Shown here: piece by piece, positions 28,956-38,269 of the stretch
Layout: each line of letters opens with the position of its first letter
How positions within the stretch are numbered: position 1 is the stretch's first letter
Assembly (NCBI GenBank): GCA_963794325.1
Contig: CAWCDG010000004.1
Location: 1,728,001 to 1,792,000, forward strand
Length of the DNA stretch: 64,000 nucleotides
Reading direction: 5' to 3'
DNA from: an uncultured delta proteobacterium
Lineage (GTDB): Bacteria; Desulfobacterota; Binatia; Binatales; Binataceae
Made by a program: the position numbers and the translations under genes
The notes under the pieces: generated by a model
The model's input: the letters and a program-made list of their open reading frames with translations, nothing else
Told to the model about the DNA's origin: nothing
Databases searched by the model: none

Positions 28956-29057
28956 TTAGCCGGCGGTGGTGGAGAGGTAACTCGCCAGCATCAGGGCCCC
29001 GACCGTCAATGCGGAACCCATGACCACGAATACCGCCATACGCGCCATGCTGCTCAT
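28956..29057 (-). CDS. Putative 33-aa single-TM small protein
   Basis: MSSMARMAVFVVMGSALTVGALMLASYLSTTAG*; AGGAGA RBS upstream; hairpin after the stop. Confidence 0.45.
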   Translation of the reverse strand: MSSMARMAVFVVMGSALTVGALMLASYLSTTAG

Positions 29058-29247
29058 CGCAGATTCTCCTGGCGAAAAGCCCCCTGAAAGGCTGGCTTTC
29101 CGCAACTTCGGACATTACCACGCCTTATCTGACAAATCAGTTAGCGCGATGCTCCACAGTCGTCAAGAGGGGCGATAGCGGGGTGCAAATTCAGTCAAAC
29201 GTCGCTGAATTTGCTTGTTGCTTCGGGATAGGAGAGAACTCGGAACG

Positions 29248-29742
29248 ATGAAGATGATGCGCAGATGGGTTGGACTGATCGGGGCCGGGGTGCTCGCGAT
29301 GCTCTTGTTAGCGGCGTACGCGCAAGCGGCGGATGACGACTCGGCAGCGGTGCAGAATCAGATTCGTATCGCGCTCGAGAAGTGGAAACTCGATTTCAAC
29401 GCCCGCGACGCGTCGCAAGTCTGCGCGCTATTCGCTCCGGACTTAATTTCCAATTTTCGCGGCGAGCCCGAAGACACCTACAACTCTCTATGCGCCAATA
29501 TGCAGGCCGCGCTGACTGACCCGGCCAAGACTTATCACTACGAGCTGGAAATCAAGGAGATCCTGGTCTCGGGCGACCTCGCCGTCGTAAGGCTGGTGTG
29601 GACGCTCCACGTGCACCCAAAAGACAACACCGCATCTGGAACGACGACTCGCGAGCCCGGCATGGACATCTTCCGGCGCCAGCCCGACGGCAGTTGGAAG
29701 ATATCGAGATATATGGCGTATGAGTCGCCGGGTCCGACGTAG
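29248..29742 (+). CDS. Secreted SnoaL/NTF2-like (YybH/DUF4440) protein
   Basis: Signal peptide; W..DFNARD, VSGDLAVVRLVWTL, DIFRRQPDGSWKISR. Confidence 0.8.
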   Translation: MKMMRRWVGLIGAGVLAMLLLAAYAQAADDDSAAVQNQIRIALEKWKLDFNARDASQVCALFAPDLISNFRGEPEDTYNSLCANMQAALTDPAKTYHYELEIKEILVSGDLAVVRLVWTLHVHPKDNTASGTTTREPGMDIFRRQPDGSWKISRYMAYESPGPT

Positions 29743-29743
29743 A

Positions 29744-29813
29744 GAGAGGAACTGATTGTATGTGAAACCCTCCGCGGGTTTCACGCTTCCGCGGCAGGGG
29801 TAACCCCTGCACC
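29744..29813 (+). repeat. Family F1 intergenic repeat
   Basis: ATGTGAAACCCTCCGCGGGTTTCACGCTTCCGCGGCAGGGGTAACCCCTGCACC. Confidence 0.85.
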
Positions 29814-29873
29814 TTGGAATTAAGAAAGATGCGGGGCTTCGCCCCTGTTAGAAGGGGCTAAGGGGAAGTGTCG

Positions 29874-29916
29874 GGCGCCGAGCGATCCTTTGTGATCGCT
29901 CGGCGCCTTTATCTTT
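29874..29916. terminator. Intrinsic terminator, probably bidirectional
   Basis: 14-bp stem GGCGCCGAGCGATC-N6-GATCGCTCGGCGCC followed by TTTATCTTT, between convergent genes. Confidence 0.7.
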
Positions 29917-29920
29917 GTGG

Positions 29921-30433
29921 CTAGTGCTTCTGATCGTAGTGGCGCTCGGAGGCCATATAGCGGTATGGGTGCGACTTCCAGTCGTGGCGCGCTATTGGAT
30001 GATTCTCGAGGTACTCGTGCAGTCCCGGGTGACTGTCGAGGTAGCCATGATTGTCGACGAGTGCCGGGTCCTTCTCGAGCTGCCGCGACACCTCGGGATG
30101 CGAGTCCATGTAGCGATCAGTGGTTGCCAGCGGATGTCCGCCGTTCCATTCGCGATGGTCGTGACGCCATTCGTCGCTCATGAAGCGGTACGGATGCTGC
30201 TGCAGGTCGCGTCTTACTTCCGGATGCGCCGACATGTAGGCGTCGAGACCCGGATGAGTCGCGAGGAATTGCGGGTTATCCGCCAGCGAAGGATTGGCTC
30301 CCAATTGATGCGCGACTTCGGGATGCTCGTCGAGGTAGCGGTTGTCGAAGTGGCCGACCGGGCCGGCGAAGGCGGTCGCGCTAATCGCGCCGGCGAAGGC
30401 TATCGCCGCTAAAATTGTGATGGATTTTTTCAT
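29921..30433 (-). CDS. Secreted His/Pro-periodic repeat protein of unknown function
   Basis: Signal peptide MKKSITILAAIAFAGAISATAFA; two homologous halves YxDxHPEV..QL..P.L.DN..L..HPGL..Y...HP..R.D...HPYR.M; RBS AGGAG. Confidence 0.8.
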   Translation of the reverse strand: MKKSITILAAIAFAGAISATAFAGPVGHFDNRYLDEHPEVAHQLGANPSLADNPQFLATHPGLDAYMSAHPEVRRDLQQHPYRFMSDEWRHDHREWNGGHPLATTDRYMDSHPEVSRQLEKDPALVDNHGYLDSHPGLHEYLENHPIARHDWKSHPYRYMASERHYDQKH

Positions 30434-30496
30434 GATTGATCTCCTGTTCTAGCAACGCGCGTTTTGCGCTGTTGTTGGTTGCTGCGATGAGAGTGA

Positions 30497-30524
30497 GACG
30501 GGGTGTATCGCGGATTCGTTTACA
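30497..30524 (-). promoter_or_regulatory. Putative ECF sigma promoter for the His-rich gene
   Basis: Minus strand TGTAAACGAA-N14-CGTC. Confidence 0.7.
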
Positions 30525-30552
30525 TCGCGTCGGTGGAATTTTGATCGGAGCG

Positions 30553-30580
30553 TGTAAACGAACATTAAGGTTGTTTCGTC
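30553..30580 (+). promoter_or_regulatory. Putative autoregulatory ECF promoter of the sigma operon
   Basis: TGTAAACGAA-N14-CGTC. Confidence 0.7.
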
Positions 30581-30655
30581 AAATGGGTCGGGAATTTGTA
30601 ATATCGGTCGCGGGCCGATTTGTTTCAGTTTTGACGCGTCCCGGGACTGATTACG

Positions 30656-31225
30656 GTGGAGCTTTCCGATGAGGACCTGTGCAGGAGAATCGCCGAGCGC
30701 GATGCGGACGCATTCGAGCTCATGGTCGACCGCCATCAGGCGCGTGCGTACCGGCTCGCGGCGTCAATCCTCGGCAACGAGGCCGACGCGCGCGACGTCT
30801 CGCAGGACGCGTTCATTCGCTTGTACGAGTCGGCGGCGCAGTTCGATAGGCGATCGCGCTTTTCGACCTGGTTCTACCGGATCCTGGTCAATTTGTGCAT
30901 CGACCATCAGCGCAAGAATCGATGGTGGAAGCGGCTGTCGCCGCTTGCGACTCCCGGAATCGACGACCCCGACGAACGCGCTTTCGATCCGCCGTCGAGC
31001 GAGGCCGGTCCCGAAGAAGACGTGATGTTGAAACAATCGATAAGCCGGCTTCGTCCGGCGCTCGCGAAGCTGTCGCCGCAACAGCGTGCCGCCGTCTTGC
31101 TGCAGACGCAGGAGGGGCTCTCCAGCCGCGAGATTGGCGAGGTGCTCAAGTGCTCGGAAGCGACCGCGCGCGTGCATGTGCATCGCGGGATCGCGCAGCT
31201 GCGCAAATTGATTTCGAACGACTGA
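30656..31225 (+). CDS. ECF RNA polymerase sigma factor
   Basis: DARDVSQDAF, FSTWFYRILVNLCID, LSSREIGEVLKCSEATARVHVHR. Confidence 0.92.
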   Translation: MELSDEDLCRRIAERDADAFELMVDRHQARAYRLAASILGNEADARDVSQDAFIRLYESAAQFDRRSRFSTWFYRILVNLCIDHQRKNRWWKRLSPLATPGIDDPDERAFDPPSSEAGPEEDVMLKQSISRLRPALAKLSPQQRAAVLLQTQEGLSSREIGEVLKCSEATARVHVHRGIAQLRKLISND

Positions 31226-31230
31226 CCACG

Positions 31231-31788
31231 ATGGCTACTACTCATCCAGAGACCGAACTAATCCCGTATCTGCGCAATGAGTTGAGCGCGGATGAACGCG
31301 AGCGGGTCGGGGCGCATCTGGCGCGATGTGCGCAGTGTCGCGAGTCGGCCGAGGCGTCGTCGGCGATGCTGTCGAATCTCGCGCGTGTGGTCGATGACGT
31401 CAGTGAGCCGGATTGGGCGGCGTACCGCGGCGAGCTAAGACGCAAGCTGCGCGCGAGCCAGTCACCGAGCGCAAGCGTTCGCGGCCGGTGGCGATGGCGG
31501 CGAGAGGACCTTCGATTGCCGGTCTTCGGCTGGCCGTCGATGGCGATGGGCGCGGCGGCGGTCGCCGTGCTCGCGATCGCAATCGTGATGCATCGTGGGG
31601 CAGGAAGTTCGCAAGCACCCGGCGTCGATCAGCTCGAACTGCAACAGGAGCTGAGCAGCACGGATGTCGGCCTGCTGGCGAATTATCACGTCGTCGAGCA
31701 TCTCGATTTGCTCGAGAACTACGACGTGATCGAGCATCTGGATGAGCTGGGGCCCGGGAATCGCCAGAACAATGAAACGCCTTCGTAA
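31231..31788 (+). CDS. zf-HC2 membrane anti-sigma factor
   Basis: HLARCAQC zinc motif, TM helix, short acidic periplasmic tail HLDLLENYDVIEHLD. Confidence 0.82.
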   Translation: MATTHPETELIPYLRNELSADERERVGAHLARCAQCRESAEASSAMLSNLARVVDDVSEPDWAAYRGELRRKLRASQSPSASVRGRWRWRREDLRLPVFGWPSMAMGAAAVAVLAIAIVMHRGAGSSQAPGVDQLELQQELSSTDVGLLANYHVVEHLDLLENYDVIEHLDELGPGNRQNNETPS

Positions 31789-32153
31789 AGTGGCAGCGAC
31801 GACGCTCGTGGCGGTCATACTGGTGGTTTTCGAAAATGGGAGGATTTCGGCGCAGGAGGCGCCGCCGGATTTGAAAATGCTGATGAACCTCGACCTCTTC
31901 GAACCACGCCATGGTGGCATCGCAAGGCACGCCGGGGGCGGGCGCATCAGGCGACGACTCGATGCTCGATCAAATTCGCACGCTCGACGCTATGGGATAC
32001 CTGGGAAATCACGACGACGTGGACGCAGAAGATCTGCCCGCTCCAAGAGCGGCTAGCGTGCCGCCCGGTGCGGAAGATGTCGCACCCCCCAAGCCGGCTC
32101 CGCGAATGCCGTCGAGCCATCCGAGCAACGACGTCGAGGGGCCGCAAGAATGA
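31772..32153 (+). CDS. Small exported hypothetical protein in the sigma operon (frameshift near 31910)
   Basis: MKRLRKVAATTLVAVILV..DLKMLMNLDLF joins ..DDSMLDQIRTLDAMGYLG..; overlaps both neighbours. Confidence 0.5.
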
Positions 32154-32719
32154 CGCGAGGCAGGCATATCGCGAGTGCGTTGATCGTCGCGGCGTTGATC
32201 CTGTTCGGAATTGCGCCGGCGACTTCCGCCCATGCGCAATCGTCACCGCCGGCGGGATCGTCGATGCCCGCGAGCGACGCCGAGCGCGCGCTCGCCGCGC
32301 AGCATCCGAAGGAGTGGGCAAACCTGACGCCCGATCAGCGTGAGCGCGTGCTCGAGAATTACCGGCGATGGCAATCGATGCGCCCCGAAGATCGGCAGCG
32401 CGTCCAGCAGAACTTTCAGACGTTCCGCAATCTGCCGCCTGAAGAGCGCAAGCGAGTGCTCGAAGGATTGCGGAGGTGGCGCCAGCTTCCGCAGGCACGT
32501 CGCGATGAATTGCAGCACGACTATGCGCGCTGGCGCGGTCTGCCGCCGGATCAGCGCGACCGGATGATGAAGCGATATCAGCAATTCGAACAACTGCCGC
32601 CGGCGCAGCGCCAACGAATGATGGCCAACTGGCATCGATGGCAACAGATGACCCCCGAGCAGCGCCGCGAAGCACGTCGCCGCCTGGGATTGTGGCGCCG
32701 ACATCCGCAGCAGCCGTAG
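32150..32719 (+). CDS. DUF3106-like periplasmic repeat protein
   Basis: Signal peptide; 18-aa repeats W..L.P.QR.R...N..RW. Confidence 0.78.
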   Translation: MTRGRHIASALIVAALILFGIAPATSAHAQSSPPAGSSMPASDAERALAAQHPKEWANLTPDQRERVLENYRRWQSMRPEDRQRVQQNFQTFRNLPPEERKRVLEGLRRWRQLPQARRDELQHDYARWRGLPPDQRDRMMKRYQQFEQLPPAQRQRMMANWHRWQQMTPEQRREARRRLGLWRRHPQQP

Positions 32720-32720
32720 C

Positions 32721-32820
32721 GGGGATGGGAAGGGGAAATCACTTGATTAAATGTGAAACCCTCCGCGGGTTTCATTTTTCACTGCTTCCGCGGCAGGGGT
32801 GACCCCTGCACCCAGTGATA
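32721..32820 (+). repeat. Family F1 intergenic repeat
   Basis: GGGAAGGGGAAATCACTT..ATGTGAAACCCTCCGCGGGTTTCA..GGCAGGGGTGACCCCTGCACCCAGTG. Confidence 0.85.
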
Positions 32821-32961
32821 ATCGCAAAACGGCGAGGACGCCATTTTCCTCTCAAGTTCTTTTCTTGGGTCATTCTAGTGTCGCGTCCCACAAATATCTT
32901 TAAAAGTGATCTGGATCGTTCTGGACGGCCACCCAGGAGGCTTTCAAGTCTCGGCCATCCT

Positions 32962-33069
32962 TTCTGTTCCCCCTTTCCCACGGGAAAGGGGGTGAAGGGG
33001 ATAGGACGGGTGGAATAGTTGCCTCATATCCGGTTCCCCTTCCCTCGAGGGAAGGGGTTAGGGGTTAGG
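32962..33069. repeat. Left arm of ~108-bp imperfect inverted repeat (F3+F2)
   Basis: Aligns with the reverse complement of 34488-34594, including the linker GGAATWGTTGCCTCAWATCC. Confidence 0.8.
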
Positions 33070-33135
33070 TTTTTTACATCGACTGCCATGCGTGCACATT
33101 CACTTTTTGTGTCACGACTTTTTCCCTGCGCCAGC

Positions 33136-33163
33136 TGTAAACGATCCTTTCGCCCGCTGCGTC
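33136..33163 (+). promoter_or_regulatory. Third putative ECF promoter, upstream of the three-domain secreted protein
   Basis: TGTAAACGAT-N14-CGTC. Confidence 0.68.
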
Positions 33164-33233
33164 TTACATTCGATTCGCAAATTCATTAATCCGATTGCTC
33201 TGCAATCGACGTACAGGCAGGAGGAGTATCTGT

Positions 33234-34391
33234 ATGTTTCTATCTCTACGAAAATGGCCGGCAGCTTTCCTCGCCGCGCCACTTGCGCTTGGTCTCGCAT
33301 CGGGATTGGCCTGCGCTGAAACCTTCGACGCACCGCTGGTTCAATGCAAATCGGTCATTGCGCCATCCATGCTTACAACCTGCGCGGCGGTCCAGGATCC
33401 GCTCAAGCGCGGCGGTGCGACGATCAACGATCAAGGCGACGTGACGGTGATAGTCGCCGGCGCCGCGACCAATACTACGTATGCCGTCAGTCTCGTCTCG
33501 AACGACGGCACTCAGACAACGTCGATTGGCAATCTGAAGACCGGTGTCGCGGGAGACGGCGCGTTTCGCAAGGACGCGTTCTTCAAATTCGGGACGGTCG
33601 GCGCCGGCAACGTGGTGCTGAGCAGCGGCGGCGAGCAATTCGTCACCGGGCTGTCGATCTCGAGCAACGGCCTCGAATCGGCGCGCGATTTCCAGCCGGC
33701 GCTGGTGCGATGCACCGACGTGACGGCGCCGGGAGGTCTTTCAGGTTGCGGCAGCGATTCTTTGACCAGGGGCCGGGTCGATATTGAGAACGCCGACGGC
33801 GCACTATCGATCCATGTGATCGGCGCGCGGCCCAGTACTAGCTACACGGCTATCCTGCGAGCGCCGGGCGGCGGGACGACTCCACTAGGAACCGTTGGGC
33901 CGACAGATAAGGCGGGCAACGGCATGCTGATTGTCTCGAATGCGTTCGCGGCCGGCACGATTGGATCGGGATCGGTCGTGTTGCAGAGCAGCAGCACGGA
34001 TGAGTTCGTCTCGGGATTCAAAGTGGATCAGAAATTCGTGCGTCCGGAAGTTTCAGCGTCGAACCTGGTGCCGTGCGGAAGCGTGACCGATCCGATACTT
34101 GCGAACTGCGGCAGCGATCCGCTCGACAGGGGCGCATACGAAGTGAACGCGGCAGGCAGAGTCAACGTGAGGTTGACGGGCGCGAATCCAAGCACGAATT
34201 ACGAGTTGTTCTTCCGACCGCTCGACGATTCGGGTGACGTGGACACAGGCATTGCGATACCGACGAACGCGCTAGGCAATGCCGAGACGGGCCTGAAGAA
34301 GTTCTTCACGCCGAATACCGTCGCCTCGGGAACGTTCGTGGTGAAGTCCGGGACCTTTGACGAGTTCGTGGCGGGGTTCGAGCTGCACTGA
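33234..34391 (+). CDS. Secreted protein with three tandem ~120-aa beta-rich domains
   Basis: RBS GGAGGAG; signal peptide; three units LVxC..V..P....C..DPL.RG....GA.P.T.Y...T...GN..F...T..G..V......FV.G. Confidence 0.8.
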   Translation: MFLSLRKWPAAFLAAPLALGLASGLACAETFDAPLVQCKSVIAPSMLTTCAAVQDPLKRGGATINDQGDVTVIVAGAATNTTYAVSLVSNDGTQTTSIGNLKTGVAGDGAFRKDAFFKFGTVGAGNVVLSSGGEQFVTGLSISSNGLESARDFQPALVRCTDVTAPGGLSGCGSDSLTRGRVDIENADGALSIHVIGARPSTSYTAILRAPGGGTTPLGTVGPTDKAGNGMLIVSNAFAAGTIGSGSVVLQSSSTDEFVSGFKVDQKFVRPEVSASNLVPCGSVTDPILANCGSDPLDRGAYEVNAAGRVNVRLTGANPSTNYELFFRPLDDSGDVDTGIAIPTNALGNAETGLKKFFTPNTVASGTFVVKSGTFDEFVAGFELH

Positions 34392-34487
34392 ATCTAAAAT
34401 CGCGCAGACTGGCGGGCGGCTCGAGCGAATCGAGTCGCCCGCTTCGTTTCCAGCGTGCTGTCCCGCAAATATCTTTAAGAACAGAGC

Positions 34488-34594
34488 CCTAACCCCTGGC
34501 CCCTTCCCCAACAAAGGGGAAGGGGATTTGAGGCAACAATTCCGTCCCGTCCTATCCCCCTCACCCCCTTTCCCGCGAGAAAGGGGGAACAGAA
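34488..34594. repeat. Right arm of ~108-bp imperfect inverted repeat (F2+F3 reversed)
   Basis: CCTAACCCCTGGCCCCTTCCCC..TGAGGCAACAATTCC..CCCGTCCTATCCCC..GGGGGAACAGAA. Confidence 0.8.
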
Positions 34595-34602
34595 GGTCTC
34601 TT

Positions 34603-36135
34603 CTAAGGAGTGGATCGGTCGAGCGATCGATACTGAATCGCCTCGCTCACGTGATGCGCGGCGATCGCGGCGGAACCGTCGAGATCGGCAATCGTGCGCG
34701 AGACTTTCAGGATGCGCGTGTAGGCGCGCGCGCTCAGGCCGAGGCGGTTGATCGCCAGCTCGAGCAGACGCTCGCCGCCGGCCTCGATTTGGCAGTGCAC
34801 GCGAAGATCGCTCGCGCGCATCTGCGCGTTGCAGAAAAACGGCATCCCCTTGAAGCGCGACAGTTGCGCCTCGCGCGCACGATTCACGCGATCGCGAATT
34901 GCTATCGACGGTTCTCGCGCGACGCGGTCGGTCAGGTCCTTGTACTTCACCGCGGGCACCTCGATGTGGATGTCGATGCGATCGAGCAGCGGTCCTGAGA
35001 TGCGCGAGCGATAACGCTGAATCGCGATCGGCGAGCATGAGCATTCGTGCTGCGGGTCGGTGTAAAAACCGCACGGACACGGGTTCATCGCAGCTACGAG
35101 CATCACCGAGGCCGGGAAGGTCAGCGTGCCCATCACGCGCGAGATGGTGATGCGCGCATCTTCGAGCGGCTGGCGCAGGACCTCGAGCACGTTCTTGCGG
35201 AACTCCGGCAGCTCGTCGAGGAACAGGACACCGTGATGCGCGAGGCTGACTTCGCCGGGGCGCGGAATCGATCCGCCGCCGATAAGACCGGCGTCCGAGA
35301 TCGTATGATGAGGGCTGCGAAACGGACGCGTCGTGATCAGCGCGCGACCGTCGAGCAGGCCCATCACCGAGTGCACCTTGGTGGTCTCGATCGCCTCCTC
35401 GAAGGTCATCGTCGGCAAGATCGACGGCAGCCGCTTCGCGAGCATCGTCTTGCCCGAGCCGGGCGGCCCGATCATCAGGACGTTGTGACCGCCGGCCGCC
35501 GCGACTTCGAGCGCGCGCTTGGCCTGCTCCTGTCCTTTGACCTCGCTGAAATCGACGTCGTAAACGTTCGCCTCGCCGAACGCCGCGGTGAGATCGACCG
35601 GAATCGATTGCAGCGGGCGCAAGCCCTCGAAGAATTCGAAAGCCTCGCGCAGGCTCTCGACTCCGAGCACCGCGGTACCCTCGCCGACGACGGCGGCCTC
35701 GGAGGCATTCTCGCGCGGCAAGATCACGCCCTCGAACTTTGCGGATCGCGCGAGCAACGCAGTCGGCAGCGCACCCTTGATCCCCTTGATACGGCCGTCG
35801 AGCGCGAGTTCGCCGAGAATGAGATAGCCGCGCAGACGCGCGCGATCCTTGAGCACGTTTTGTGCGGCGAGAATTCCGAGCGCGAGTGGAAGGTCGAACG
35901 CCGAGCCCTCCTTGCGCGTGTCGGCGGGCGCGAGATTAATCGTCATCTTGCGCGTGGGAAATTCGAAGCCGGAATTTTTGATCGCCGACTTGACCCGATC
36001 GAGCGCCTCCTTGACCGCGCCTTCGGCCAGCCCGACCAATCGATGCGGCGGTATGCCGGCGCCGATGTCGATTTCGACTTCGACGGGGAACGCGTCAACC
36101 CCGACCAGCGCGCTCGATATTACGCTTGCGTGCAA
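34603..36135 (-). CDS. comM: YifB/ComM Mg-chelatase-like AAA+ ATPase
   Basis: [67 protein letters not shown]. Confidence 0.93.
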   Translation of the reverse strand: MHASVISSALVGVDAFPVEVEIDIGAGIPPHRLVGLAEGAVKEALDRVKSAIKNSGFEFPTRKMTINLAPADTRKEGSAFDLPLALGILAAQNVLKDRARLRGYLILGELALDGRIKGIKGALPTALLARSAKFEGVILPRENASEAAVVGEGTAVLGVESLREAFEFFEGLRPLQSIPVDLTAAFGEANVYDVDFSEVKGQEQAKRALEVAAAGGHNVLMIGPPGSGKTMLAKRLPSILPTMTFEEAIETTKVHSVMGLLDGRALITTRPFRSPHHTISDAGLIGGGSIPRPGEVSLAHHGVLFLDELPEFRKNVLEVLRQPLEDARITISRVMGTLTFPASVMLVAAMNPCPCGFYTDPQHECSCSPIAIQRYRSRISGPLLDRIDIHIEVPAVKYKDLTDRVAREPSIAIRDRVNRAREAQLSRFKGMPFFCNAQMRASDLRVHCQIEAGGERLLELAINRLGLSARAYTRILKVSRTIADLDGSAAIAAHHVSEAIQYRSLDRSTP

Positions 36136-36238
36136 AAATGACCTTCGCTGCTAACAGCCAGTTGACACTAGCGCAACGAGCGCCCCTGCGCGATGCATGT
36201 TATCTGGGGTACATTGTTACTTCGGTGACTGTTCCGAA

Positions 36239-36317
36239 TGTCATTCTGAAGGCCGAAGGCCGTAGAATCCCGGACTCTGTGGGCTGCGGGACCCTACCGC
36301 TTCGCTTCAGGGTGACA
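36239..36317. repeat. GTCATTC..GGTGAC palindromic repeat
   Basis: TGTCATTCTGAA..GAATCCC..GGGACC..TTCAGGGTGACA; related copies at ~8822, ~11762 and 63633. Confidence 0.7.
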
Positions 36318-36326
36318 GAAAAAGGG

Positions 36327-37154
36327 CTACTCGCGCGGAGCGTGCGCGCGCATGAAGCGGCGCCAGATCTGCCGCGCATTCTGATCGTAGTCGGACATCA
36401 CATTTATCAAATTACTCAGCGCGCGCTGCGGCATCAGCTCTTCGGGCAGCACCGGGTCCAGATTGATATGCCGAATCACGTCGCGCCCGAGCACCATCGA
36501 TTCTGCTGCGGCAGTATCCAGTGGCAGGCGCTCGAGCTTGCTCTTGCTGGCGATCAATTCATCGGCGAGCGCGCGATACGTCGCGAGCATCGATGCGATG
36601 TCCCACAGTTCGGTCGCCTTCGCGCGCGCCTCGTCGTCGAGATCCTGCAAGCCCACCACCAGCGCCGCAGGATGAAGCCCCAGCGCGCGCAATTGATCGC
36701 GCAGTCCCGCCACCGAATCGCGCAGATTGTCGGGGCGAATCCACAGACCGCTTTGAAGTTCGCGAAATCCTCGCAGGCGCATCGCGCGTTCGTGACGGCG
36801 TAGCGCGGCGCGATCGCTGCGCGGGATTGCGGCGTCGAAAACGCCAATCCACGCGCCCGACCACGGCTTGGCGAGGTTGTCGAGATGCCGCCACTTGCGC
36901 ACTTCCTCGCGCATCGCCTCGCCCGACGGACTCAGCCGATAGCGCCCGCGACCGGTGTTCGCCGCGACCGATTGCTCGACCAGCCGCGTCAGTGCCATCC
37001 GCAAACTCTGCTCCGAGAATCCCAGCGCAATTCCAACGCCCGCAATTTCCTGCACCGACATCTCGCGTGGATATCGATTCGACAGGAAATCGATCACCAG
37101 CTCGCGCGCGGTGAGGTGCCGGGGTACATAACGAGGATTTGCAATCGTTGCCAT
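36327..37154 (-). CDS. PaaX-family transcriptional regulator
   Basis: EQSLRMALTRL winged HTH, RGRYRLS, WSGAW, GFRELQSGLWIRP, DPVLPEELMP. Confidence 0.85.
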   Translation of the reverse strand: MATIANPRYVPRHLTARELVIDFLSNRYPREMSVQEIAGVGIALGFSEQSLRMALTRLVEQSVAANTGRGRYRLSPSGEAMREEVRKWRHLDNLAKPWSGAWIGVFDAAIPRSDRAALRRHERAMRLRGFRELQSGLWIRPDNLRDSVAGLRDQLRALGLHPAALVVGLQDLDDEARAKATELWDIASMLATYRALADELIASKSKLERLPLDTAAAESMVLGRDVIRHINLDPVLPEELMPQRALSNLINVMSDYDQNARQIWRRFMRAHAPRE

Positions 37155-37226
37155 TCTCTGTTACATACAGCTTCGTGAGGCAAAGATTAAACGCCCCGAT
37201 ACTTCAATGGAAGATTGGAGGATAGC

Positions 37227-38177
37227 ATGTTCCAGGCGCGTAGCGTTTTCTCCGACGACGAACTGCTGATGCTCAAGCGCAAGTCGCAGTGGCGCGCGGC
37301 GTGGATGATCTTTCACGCGTGGGCGGTGATCGCCGGTGCGATGGCGCTGTTCGTATGGTGGCCGAATCCGCTGACCTTCATCGCGGCGACGTTGATAATC
37401 GGCGCGCGGCAACTCGGGCTCGCGATTTTGTCGCATGACGCGTCGCACGGCCTGCTGTTCAGCAATATGAAGCTGAACGATTTCGCCGGCACGTGGCTGA
37501 CCGACTACGCGCTGTTCGGCGACATGTACGCGTACCGGCCCTACCACGTCGCCGGGCACCATCGGTTCACGCAACAGAAAAACGATCCGGACCTCGGGCT
37601 GACGGCGCCGTTTCCGATCACGCGGAGCAGCATGCGGCGCAAGGTCATTCGCGATCTCACCGGGCAGACCGCCTACAAGCAGAAGAGGGCGCTGATCCGT
37701 CGCGCGTTCGGAAGCGCGGATATGACGGCCTCGCAGCGGCTCGCGATGGGCTGGAAGCGGCTGCACGGCGCGATCGTCAGCAACGCAATTATTTTCGCGA
37801 TACTCGCGGCGACCGGACACTGGTGGCTATTCCCCGCGCTGTGGGTGTTCCCGTACATGACGTTCCACGAGCTGGTCGTGCGCATTCGAAGCATCGCCGA
37901 GCATTCGATGGCGCCCGACAACGACGACCCGATGCGCAACACGCGCACCACGCACGCGAACTGGCTGATGCGCGCATTCGTCGCCCCGTACTTCGTGAAC
38001 TACCACCTCGAGCATCACCTGCTGATGGCGGTCCCGTGCTACAACCTCCCGCGCGCGCATCAAATCCTGTTGGCGAAGGGCTACGGACCGCGGATGGAGA
38101 AACAACCGGGCTACGCCGCGGTGCTCGCGCTGGCAACGTCGAAGGAGGAGCTATCGCAAATCCAGGCCGCCGCGTAA
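37227..38177 (+). CDS. Membrane fatty-acid desaturase family protein
   Basis: His boxes HDASH, HVAGHH, EH, HLEHH; VPCYNLP; RBS GGAGG. Confidence 0.88.
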   Translation: MFQARSVFSDDELLMLKRKSQWRAAWMIFHAWAVIAGAMALFVWWPNPLTFIAATLIIGARQLGLAILSHDASHGLLFSNMKLNDFAGTWLTDYALFGDMYAYRPYHVAGHHRFTQQKNDPDLGLTAPFPITRSSMRRKVIRDLTGQTAYKQKRALIRRAFGSADMTASQRLAMGWKRLHGAIVSNAIIFAILAATGHWWLFPALWVFPYMTFHELVVRIRSIAEHSMAPDNDDPMRNTRTTHANWLMRAFVAPYFVNYHLEHHLLMAVPCYNLPRAHQILLAKGYGPRMEKQPGYAAVLALATSKEELSQIQAAA

Positions 38178-38269
38178 TCCGCAAAATTTCAGAATCAAAG
38201 GTCCTCCACCCGCCGCTCGAAGACGAGCGTCGGCCTCCCCCCACTAAAGGGGGAGGCAATTTCAGAAAA

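Noticed and set aside
29185-29214. 10-bp inverted repeat GCAAATTCAG-N10-CTGAATTTGC as an operator
   Set aside because: Single occurrence with no adjacent candidate regulator; insufficient support.
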